From the NCBI GenBank assembly GCA_963920595.1, contig OY986946.1, positions 3,844,001-3,908,000 on the forward strand: DNA of 64,000 nt, in the 5' to 3' direction. This DNA is from Eimeria praecox (lineage: Eukaryota). This document shows positions 41,695 to 64,000 of the stretch, piece after piece; position 1 is the first letter of the stretch; each line of letters opens with the position of its first letter. Below the pieces are notes generated by a model, which saw nothing but the letters and a program-made list of their open reading frames with translations, was not told where the DNA came from and did not search any database. Both the position numbers and the translations under genes were made by a program.

Positions 41695-41767
41695 GCAGCA
41701 GCAGCACGAATGAAAGACACAACCTAAACCCTCTAAGGGCGGATGTGTTTGGAGCTGCTGCTGCTGC
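41695..41767 (+). promoter_or_regulatory. SECIS element (type II) in the SelT 3' UTR
   Basis: ATGA at 41710-41713. Helix AGACACA (41715-21) pairs with TGTGTTT (41744-50). Apical AAA at 41726-28, mini-stem CCCT/AGGG, and GA at 41752-53. The lower helix is GCAGCAGCAGCA paired with TGCTGCTGCTGC. Confidence 0.85.
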
Positions 41768-42475
41768 TGCAGCAGCAAACGGCCAGATTGTTTTTATTCT
41801 CTAACTCTCTCTCTTTCTTTTATTTATTATTTACTAATTAACAAGAATGAAGCAATTAAATAACAGCAGCAGCAGCTGCTGCTGCTGCTGCTGCAGCAGC
41901 AGTAGCAGTAGCAGCCACAAGAGTAGCTGCAGCAGTAGCAGCAGCAGCCTTAACAGTAGTTCTAGCAGTGCTCGCCACAGCAACAGCAGCAACAGCAGCA
42001 GCAGCAACAGCAGCAGCAACAGCAGCAGCAACAGTAGCAGCAGTTCTTTGTTTGGGGGGCTTCTGGCCTGCTTAACTGCAGCTAGCTGCAGCAAGCTACC
42101 TATCGCTAGCTGCTGCAGTCGTGTGTTGTGTCTGCATGTGTGGGGTGTTAGAACAGACGGACAAATCTTAATTCCCCTCCCCTCTACTAAGACTGCTGCT
42201 GCAGCAGAAGTGCTGCTGCTGCTGCTGCAGCAGCAGCAGCAGCAGCAGCAGAAGTGCTGCTACAGTATAGCAGCAAGGCGATGTGGGGAGCCGCAGGGGA
42301 GGGTAGTGGCGTGTGTCTTTCCTGTTTGTTTGTGTGTTATATTGGTAGAAATATTAGAAAATAGAATATAAATATGTAAATCAAATAAAATAAATTAAAT
42401 TAAATAAATTAAATTAAATTTCAAACAATTCTGAATATTAACAAAATACCACCGACAGCAGCAGCAAGAACAGGA

Positions 42476-42531
<56 letters not shown>

Positions 42532-43483
42532 TGCTGTTGCTATTGTGTCGGTGTGTGTGTTATTTCAACATAAAAAACATATAAATAATAAATATTTAAT
42601 ATATTAAAATTAATTAATTTAAATAAATATAATTATCTTAGTTTATTAATGCACCTATGATGTCGGAGGACGTACAGCTATGCTACATACATACATGCAC
42701 AGACTGATTTTGGGGGTGAGGAGTTTTATAAAAGACAAGTAATAATATGGTATAAAAAGGATAAGATAGATGCACTAATAAATAAAATAATATTTTAAAT
42801 AAATATAAATAATAAAAACACAATTTATAGAACTCATTTACTTCGTTTCAAACACGCCGAGTGTATGTACACCCCCAACGGCACCGCAGCGGGGTAGACA
42901 GATCTGTATGCATATAAATATGTGTATAATATCGCGAAAAATTGAGTTTATTTGTATTATTAATATAATAAATATAAAAATATAAACTAAATGTTAAAAT
43001 AAACAATTATATTTAATTATTTATTAATTATTTCTGCTGTTGCTGCGTTCGTCTACCCCGCCGCTATCTCCCCTCGGCTGTCGATGCAGGTTGCTGCTGC
43101 TGCTGCAGCAGCAGCAGCAGCAGCAGCTGCTGCTGCTGCAGCAGCAGCAGCAGCAGCAGCTGCTGCTGCTGCTGCTCGGGTGCCTGAGGGAACGAAGCGA
43201 AGATGTCGGCGGCCTGCGGTAGAGAGATTGTTGTTTATGTGCGTTGTATAAGGAGTATATGTTTGTGTCTTCTTCTTCTGTTTTCTTCTTTCTTTCTTAT
43301 ATTGCATATTTGTTTGTTTCTTTTGTTTATTCTCTCCCTTTTTGTTGAGAGACCAACATATTGCTGCTGCTCCTTAGACTGCCGACACGTTGTAGCAGCA
43401 CGTAGTAGCAGCAGCAGCACCAGCACCAGCAGCAGCAGCAGCAGCAGCAACAGAAACAACTACTACAACAGCAACAACAACAA

Positions 43484-43515
<32 letters not shown>

Positions 43516-43676
43516 CTAAAGGTGTTAAGAACTCGTTGCATATTCTCTTGCTGTTGTTTAATTCTGTTTGTTGTCTTCTTTGATTTTGTTTTGTTTTTAA
43601 ATTAAAACAAATTAATTCTTTCTCTGTGTTGCTCTCTCCTTATCTTCTGTCTTAAAGCGCATTTGTGAGCTGCTGC

Positions 43677-43717
<41 letters not shown>

Positions 43718-43800
43718 TTCTATACCTCAGCTCTCCCTCTGCGATTCTGGAGGCAGCAAAGCCTGTCTGGGATTGCGCGAGGTGCTGCAGCAGCAGCACG

Positions 43801-43838
<38 letters not shown>

Positions 43839-44007
43839 TGAAACAAGGCATAGCTGCATAAGGCCAGCAGCCGCAGCTGCAGCCACAGCACTAGCACGAA
43901 CAGCAGCAGCAGCAACAACAACAGCAGCAGCAGCAGCAACAGCTGCTGCTAGTGTTTGCTGCGTGGGTTGAAGAAAATTATCTAACCTTGGAAGACATCG
44001 CATTGCT

Positions 44008-44045
<38 letters not shown>

Positions 44046-44075
44046 GAGCAGGTGCATCAACAGCAACAGCAGGTG

Positions 44076-44113
<38 letters not shown>

Positions 44114-44141
44114 GCAGCAGGAGGAGGAGTAGGAGGATACG

Positions 44142-44665
44142 ATGTGGGGAGCATTATTAAATTATTGTAATGTGCCTGCTTGGGCTTTGTATCCTGGTGC
44201 CTATCCACACATGCGTCGAGATTATTTATGTTTCAATATAAATATAAATAAATTATGTTTATCTTATTATTTGAAACATGGTATATTAAAAACGAAAACA
44301 TGTTTAGATATTTGGCTTGTGTGGGAATTATTTTATTTTGTTTGTAGTGTTATATCGTGTATAATAAATTTAAGCATTGTATCTTATATATTATTAAATA
44401 ATGTTATAATAGAGAGTTATTATAATATATTTATATTATTAATATTATTATTCTCTTCTTGTTTTATTGATGTTGTTTGCTCTTGTTGTATTTTAGAAAG
44501 AATAATCGATCTTAAGTTTGTTTGTTATTTGCGGGGAGTAGAAGCAGAGTGTGTTTCTCTCTTCTTATCCTGTCTCTGTCAATTTAAAAGATTTTCAGTT
44601 TGTTTATATTATTCTATCTTATTTATTCTTCTTCATACTATGTATACTACCACAAACACATGCTG

Positions 44666-44700
<35 letters not shown>

Positions 44701-45264
44701 ATGAGTCTGTCTTGTGTTATCATATATCTATTATATATACTCTGTTTATATCTATCTTTATTCCTGGTTGTATTCGCTTTATTACTGCAGCAGCAACATT
44801 TATATCTTGTTTATTTATATCTTCGAAGGATTTAAAACATATATTTAGATATGATAATCAAATACAAACAAATATAAAAACAAATAAAACAACAAATAAT
44901 TTATCTATCGCATTAAATATTGTACATAATTTTAAAGAAGAAACATGGGATAATAAAATGAGGTGTACATACACCGCAACAGATAGTATAATACATACAA
45001 ATAAACAAAATATTGTATATGATATATCTATCTGTTCTATCTGTCTTTGTAATTATAAAGGAGATGAGCTCATAAAGACATTACCTTGCGGTCATACGTT
45101 TCATTCTATTTGTATAACACGATGGTTTTGTTCCTATAGGCATTGTCCCTTAAGGTGTTATTTAAAAGAATTAAATATTTATAATTATAAACATAAAACA
45201 GAACAAGAAGCAGCATCATATGCTTTCTTATCGATGCAGCTATTACGTCCTATAGAAGATGCGA

Positions 45265-45315
<51 letters not shown>

Positions 45316-45375
45316 TTGGAGCAGCAACAGCAGCAGCAACAGGAAGAGGCGAGTTCTTGGTGCCTACGGGGCCCC

Positions 45376-45420
<45 letters not shown>

Positions 45421-45533
45421 CTGGGGTAGGGAGAGGTGGATATACACCTGATATGATGGAGATAGAAGAAATAGAAGAGGAAGATACTGATGATTGCATC
45501 ATTCCGTGTTTAGTGAGAAGTTGGAGTCGATAG
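44142..45533 (+). CDS. Membrane-bound RING-H2 E3 ubiquitin ligase, single exon
   Basis: 463-aa ORF with several N-terminal hydrophobic segments, then CSICLCNYKGDELIKTLPCGHTFHSICITRWFCSYRHCPLRC. The start may be the later Met at 44211. Confidence 0.88.
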
Positions 45534-45595
45534 ATTAATCTGAGGTGTATAGACAGCATACATTACATTATACAGATTATTGGGGTGTATGTTGA

Positions 45596-45632
<37 letters not shown>

Positions 45633-45729
45633 TATTAGGGTGTACAGTGGATATGCGCTTAGATAGATATATAGATAGATATATAGATAGATAGATACAG
45701 AGAGAGAGAGAGAGAGAAAGAAATAGAGC

Positions 45730-45830
<101 letters not shown>

Positions 45831-45916
45831 GAGAAGAGTAAGTATGTGTATTTATTTTCTTTCTAATATCTCTCAGTTAGTATTCGCTTTTTGAATCATT
45901 CTTTAAACAGTGTAAT

Positions 45917-45956
<40 letters not shown>

Positions 45957-45977
45957 TATAAATAAATAAATAAATAA

Positions 45978-46065
<88 letters not shown>

Positions 46066-46419
46066 TCTTAATTAAATAAATTATTATTGTTGTTGATGTT
46101 GGCTTTCTATGGAAGACGTAGAATAAACAAACTGCAAAATGCAGCAACACGTTTCTTCCTTCTGTTGAATTATGTTTGTGTGTATTTGGGGTTAAGACGA
46201 AATAGAAAACTATATGGAGTGTATGTATTTAATGTATTTAATTATTTAAATATAATATTTATATTTGAAATAGGATTGTGTTTATATTTATATATATAAA
46301 TATATAAATTATACGTTAAATACAGAAGAGATATTATACATTTAAGAGATTGGATTTAATTCATAATAATTCATATGTTGGAGTGTTGTTATATTATATA
46401 CAGCGTTTGCATGTATTTA

Positions 46420-46532
<113 letters not shown>

Positions 46533-46760
46533 ATATTTATATAAATAAATAAAATTATTATGTATTAATAATATTAATAATATTAATAATATTATTAATT
46601 GCATTAAAGTATTTAGATCATACAAAAGCAGAAAATTCTGCTTCTTTTAATATATTTGTTTGTCTTGTTTATATCTAAAACAAACATAATTCTATCATCG
46701 ATACAGTGAATCGAATGATAAGGAATTCGGGTGTATAGACACGGGTTTTAGGGAGAAAGG

Positions 46761-46835
<75 letters not shown>

Positions 46836-47046
46836 CCTTCTCTCCTTTTCAATTGTTATTTATATATTTTATTATCGTGTTTCTTTAGTAGAGATACTAC
46901 TCTATCTTGTTGTAGTATGAGCAATTCAATATTTAATGAGTATAATAAATTAATATTATTATAAATACAAACACTATCATCATAGTCAACAGCAAGTAAA
47001 CAAAAAGAGAAAGACGCTAGTTATAGTTTTTAACAAGTTTAAATTT

Positions 47047-47081
<35 letters not shown>

Positions 47082-47148
47082 TAGATAGATAGATAGATAG
47101 ATAGGTAGGTAGGTAGGTAGGTAGGTAGGTAGGAAGGTAGATAGATAG

Positions 47149-47211
<63 letters not shown>

Positions 47212-47389
47212 CTCTATTAACTTCAGCCTGTATTAAACCTACAATATTAATTAATAACTCTACCGTTGCTAGTATTATATTAATTTCTGTCTTAGTTATT
47301 TATCCCTCTTTATTTTTTTTATTAATTTGTTGTGTTGATATTATTTGATATATTAAACTTACAGTATAAATTATTTGTTAGGTTGATAT

Positions 47390-47725
47390 TGTTATCTTGA
47401 TTTGGTGTTATTATTTAATATTATTTAAATATATCTCGTTATTATTATTATTTATATTATATTATTTATTTATTTATGTTGTTGTTATCTTGATTTGGTG
47501 TTGTTGTTTAATATTATTTTAATATATCTCGTTATTATTATTATTTATATTATATTATTTATTTATTTATGTTGTTGTTATCTTGATTGGGTGTTATTAT
47601 TTAATATTATTTTAATATATCCCGTTATTATTATTATCTATATTATATTATATTATATTATTTATTTATTTATGTTGTTGTTATCTTGATTTGGTGTTGT
47701 TGTTTAATATTATTTTAATATATCG
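47390..47725 (+). repeat. Tandem AT-rich repeat of about 90-105 bp, about 3.5 copies
   Basis: Unit beginning GTTATCTTGATTTGGTGTT recurs near 47391, 47485, 47576 and 47680. Confidence 0.85.
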
Positions 47726-47879
47726 CGCTAATATTATTTATTATATTTTTATTTCTTGTATTTTTTATTACTTTGATTTTTTGTTGTTGTTTGTATTTCT
47801 TCAATTCTTTGATGTTTTAATTTTTTGTTGATTTGTAGTCTTTTAATATTTTATCTGACTATTTTATTTATTTAACATA

Positions 47880-47953
<74 letters not shown>

Positions 47954-48117
47954 CTGCCGAGGTTTTTGTCTGTAAATTGTTTAAATATAATTTTTCTACA
48001 TATTTATTTATTTCGTATTTATAAGAAGAATATATTTATTCTGTCTTTAACTTTATCTGGCTAGCCCTAAAAACTCCGTCTAAGAGAAGAGAATGACAGA
48101 TTGTATGTTTGTATAGC

Positions 48118-48175
<58 letters not shown>

Positions 48176-48250
48176 AGATATAGATATATAGATATAGATA
48201 TACATCAATATCTATATCTATCTATCTATATCTATCTATCTATCTATCTA

Positions 48251-48307
<57 letters not shown>

Positions 48308-48735
48308 CTAAGAGACTGTCTATACACACCACCGTCCTTCTGTTTGTTTATAGGTTTCTCCTTTTCTTGATTTTGTTACTTCTGTTTCTGTTGTGTTGAT
48401 GTTCTATGCATGCATGTATTTTAGATTTAATTAAACTTAATTAATATAAATAATAATAAATAAATATATAATAAAAATAATAATTAATTTAATATATAAT
48501 AAATAAATAATACAAAGAAGTAGAAGATGTTTATTGCTCTGTCACGGGGTGTATAGGCAGCTCCATGCATGCATGCATGCTAGATACTCCTATAGGAGTT
48601 ATTTGCTGTGTTGTATGAAGGCGAATAAGATAAATAATATATATATTGTTAATATTATAAAAATATAATAATTAAATACTTTAAAAATAACAAAATAACA
48701 ACTTAATACGTTTATAAACACAGAAGAATTGCTGC

Positions 48736-48803
<68 letters not shown>

Positions 48804-49011
48804 ACGGATCTGCATGCAGCTTTTCTCTAGTTTTGTTTGCAGCAATACGAAGAGTTTGTTATATTCATTCCTCTTTAATAAATCCAAGATATATATATCT
48901 ATATCTATGTATATAGATATATACAGATATAGATATAGATACACATATATAGATATATATAGATAATATAGATATATATATTTGTATACGTCTATGCATG
49001 TGTGTGTATGT

Positions 49012-49056
<45 letters not shown>

Positions 49057-49081
49057 TGTGTGTATGTGTGTGTGTGTGTGT

Positions 49082-49145
<64 letters not shown>

Positions 49146-49221
49146 CAATATAAACAATAAAAAAATGTGTATATATATATTTGTAAGTATAATTCTAAAC
49201 AGATTAAATCTAAGAATGAAA

Positions 49222-55803
<6,582 letters not shown>

Positions 55804-56588
55804 TTTTTAAAAAATAGAATATCAGAAGGTTGAATTTAATTCAAGATCACTCCAAAAATAATGATGATGATTACTCACACTCAAACGTCAACAACGTCGG
55901 CAGCGCTTGGACTTATAGAAGCCCCTTAATTCTTCTGGAAAGTAATGGAAATGTTATATAAATAAATAAATAATAAAATAATAAAAAAAAATATAATTTA
56001 CGCCCACGAAAAACAATCAAACACGCCGAGCCATAGCTTGACGTTAGCTAACGGACAACACACGGCAGATTGAGGTGTATGTACAGCGGATTCACAATCA
56101 CAAAGGTTGAATAAAAACACGAAACAAGCGTTAAAGAACATAAACAAGAAGATTTTTTCTGTTTTTGTTTGGTTTTAACACATCTTTTATCCCATACAAT
56201 CATCCCAGCTGGTTTGAGACGGCAGGAACCGGCTACAATCATCGGTTTCTACGTTATTTGCGTATAACCCCTATATCATTTTTCATGAATAAATGTATAT
56301 TTAGCCTAATTCGTATGCGAAATAGAATTAAATACACATTTTAAGCTCTTAAATATTATTATTCGATCTTGTTTTATTTAATTATATTAATATTTCCTCC
56401 CCCAGACAGCAGAAAGCGCTCCCTGCAGGATGGCGTTTGCAATTGTTGCATGCAGCGAATCGGCTGTGTTTTGATTTCCTCAAATTTTGGTTCTAAATTG
56501 AAAAATTTTTATAAATTTATATTTTTAAATATATTTGAGTGGAGGAACAGTCCACAGAGCACCTTGGTTTCTACTTGTTTTCATTCTT

Positions 56589-56640
<52 letters not shown>

Positions 56641-56653
56641 TTGCGCGTTCACG

Positions 56654-57148
56654 ATGGATATTGCTGCATCTGTGGCAGCTGCCTCTGCAGCAGCAGGAGG
56701 TGTTGGAGGTTTACAAGGAGTAGCGACACTTGAAGGGGGCTCCTTGAATCGTTCTCTACGTGATGGCTTGGGTGCGTCTGCTGTTGCTGCTGCTGCTGCA
56801 GCAGCAGGAGGGAGGGAAGGAGCTCGCCCTCCTTCAGCCTTTGCAGCTCCTCATCCATTAGAAATACAGCAGAAGCGATATTTACATGAAGTAGAAAGAC
56901 AGGAGCTCTCCCGTGCTGCAGCAGCATTTGGGGGGCATGCAGCATTGTGTATGAAGACAGAGAGAGAATTGTGTGCTATGACACAGCGATTGCCAGGTTT
57001 ATCTTCTTCGTTTTGTGGTTTACAAACATTAATGGGATTAGACGATCAAATATTAGTTGAAGAATATCTAGGAAGAGAAAAACCTGAAATTGAAGGAGGA
57101 CCAATGCTTACTGTACATGATCGAATTGAACGTGCTATGGGTATATAA
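56654..57148 (+). CDS. UMP1: Proteasome maturation factor UMP1/POMP, 164 aa, single exon
   Basis: HPLE motif, FGGHAALCMKTERE, RLPGLSSS, LMGLDDQI, and C-terminal VHDRIERAMGI. True ATG at 56654. Confidence 0.93.
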   Translation: MDIAASVAAASAAAGGVGGLQGVATLEGGSLNRSLRDGLGASAVAAAAAAAGGREGARPPSAFAAPHPLEIQQKRYLHEVERQELSRAAAAFGGHAALCMKTERELCAMTQRLPGLSSSFCGLQTLMGLDDQILVEEYLGREKPEIEGGPMLTVHDRIERAMGI

Positions 57149-58218
57149 GAAAGAGTATAATTTTAATTAATTAATTAATTAATTAATTAATTAATTAATT
57201 AAAATTTGAGAGAAAAAAAGAAAATGAAAGAAAATGAAAGAGAAAGAGAGAGGAGGAGAGAGAAAGAGAGAGAAGGAGAGAGAGAAGGAGAGAGAGAAGG
57301 AGAGAGAGAAGGAGAGAGAGGGAGAGAACATAACAACACATCGTCGCATGCATGCTTGCAGCAGAAACAAATACAGAAACAAACATCGTTTGGAGTTGAT
57401 GTAGATACACTCGAAAGCAGCAGCATAGCTGATGAGGTGTACGTACACCTGGGGGATTGACACACATACAAGCCAGTACATGTAGATAAAAGATATATTC
57501 TGTATTTAGAAAACACAAAATAAATAAATATATGCATAAAATAAATAAATATAAACAAATACAGGAAAGAGAAGGCATATCAACTTTTCTGTTTTTGTTT
57601 CAGGTGTACGGACAGTTTATATATTTCTTTCTTTTTCTTAAAACATTTTCTTCTTTCCTCTACATTTATTTTTATTAATATATTATAACACTTCTCAGAT
57701 TGTCTTTAACTAATACACTGCGTGGCTACTAATGCCTTTAATTAGATTTGTATATCTATAGAGACGATGTGTGCTAGTTTGTTATAGTATTATTTTATTA
57801 GAGACATAGTCTACGAGGTGTACATACACCTCAGCATTCAACTTGTGAGAGCTGCTAGCTGCTTCAAACACGATTAGTTTGAGTATAATATTTTATAAAC
57901 AACAAAAGTATGTTTTGTTTGTTTATCTTTTTATCTTAACAGCAAAATAGAAGAAGTGCTGCCAGCCTCCCCTAAGACAGCAATCAATATTTAATTATTA
58001 TTATTATATATATATATTATATATATATATATATAATAATAATTAATTATTATTATTATTATTATTATTTACTATTATTATTATTACTATCTGCTTGCAT
58101 GCATGTATATGGTGTACGTACAGCTGACTTATTACAGTCAGCCTTCGCTATCTCAACATACACCGCAGATGTTCAAGGTGAGCTCACTGGTTGAGCAAAC
58201 ACCCTAGATGCATGCACT

Positions 58219-58326
<108 letters not shown>

Positions 58327-58471
58327 ACGTAGGTATAGCGTCCGAATATCTACAATATCGTGCGTGTATATTTTTCCATATACAACAATATGTACTGCAT
58401 GCACCTAAACATTTATTATATATATTATATTATATTATATATATATATATATATAATATATATATCTAATA

Positions 58472-63263
<4,792 letters not shown>

Positions 63264-64000
63264 ATTTAGAAAAAAGAAGAGAAGAAGGAATTGAAGGGAA
63301 GGATAATAAATAAATAATGAAGGAAGTTGTTGGTGCTGCTGTTGCTGCTGTTGCTGCTGCTGCTGCTGCTTCTTTCTCCTGGTCTCTTGTGTTTATTTAT
63401 TGCTTAAAAGAACAAAACAAATAACCAAGACCGCCACTCAGCCGCCCTGATATCACAGCCAACAAACATATCACAGGAAGAAGAGAACTGACGAGAAGAA
63501 ACAACAGCCCACACGCAACTCTCCAGAGAAGTTCGTGAGGTGTCTATACACCGCATTGACAAGCGAAGAACACACCAAATAACCCTCGTTTCAATTTGTA
63601 AGAGAGAAATCAAAACAGAATCTGAAGGTATAGACAGACTGGCCTCTAGCAGACAGCACGAAGCCTCTCTGGTTGAAGAAGGCCCATACAAATGAACTGA
63701 GTATACTCTCAATACATATTGCTGCAGGTATACACTTAAACATTCCTGTTCTATAGACACATCGTTTAATAAAATGAAGAAACCATACACAAGGTGTTTA
63801 TCTCTCAACTCTGTCAGACGCGGAGGTGGGAGGTAAGCGACAGATATTCTCCCTGACTTCGGGCTTCTCATGAACTAAAACCAAAAAATGAATCAAATAA
63901 ACTAATTATTTGCTGCAATATTTGATAAAATGAAGAAAAAATACAAAAAGAAAGCCTCGGTTCTGTTCTTGTTGTAGGCGTTTGATGGCACTCACCACAA

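Noticed and set aside
43952..44170. Upstream ORF or frameshifted N-terminus of the RING gene
   Set aside because: Non-ATG start, mostly poly-Ala, different frame; cannot be supported without reads.
56369..56653. N-terminal extension of UMP1 in the ORF track
   Set aside because: Starts at TTG and contains poly-Cys from CTG repeats; ATG 56654 gives a normal-sized UMP1.
63404..63871. 155-aa minus-strand ORF upstream of RPT4
   Set aside because: No recognisable motif. It may be RPT4 5' flank or the last exon of a gene beyond the window; cannot be resolved.

Overview
Eukaryotic, intron-rich apicomplexan DNA, almost certainly Eimeria. It carries the genus hallmarks: CAG/CTG arrays giving poly-Q/A/S tracts in exons, interstitial telomere-like AAACCCT arrays in introns, TGCATGCA octamers and (AT)n runs. 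Most ORFs in the track are repeat artefacts, so genes were rebuilt by eye from non-repetitive exons and GT-AG boundaries; exact exon limits are approximate. In order: an NSE2/MMS21-type SUMO ligase (-, 3' end outside the window) head-to-head with condensin subunit Cnd1/CAP-D2 (+); a membrane protein; a 200-N gap; a secreted coiled-coil protein; a membrane-anchored S1/P1 nuclease with altered Zn ligands; a large hypothetical protein; selenoprotein T; a membrane RING-H2 ligase; an aldehyde dehydrogenase; proteasome maturation factor UMP1; and proteasome ATPase RPT4. The best hidden signal is the selenoprotein. The ORF track splits it in two at an in-frame TGA within a CxxU motif, and a type-II SECIS element lies about 480 nt past the stop, partly built from the genome's own CAG/CTG and AAACCCT repeats.
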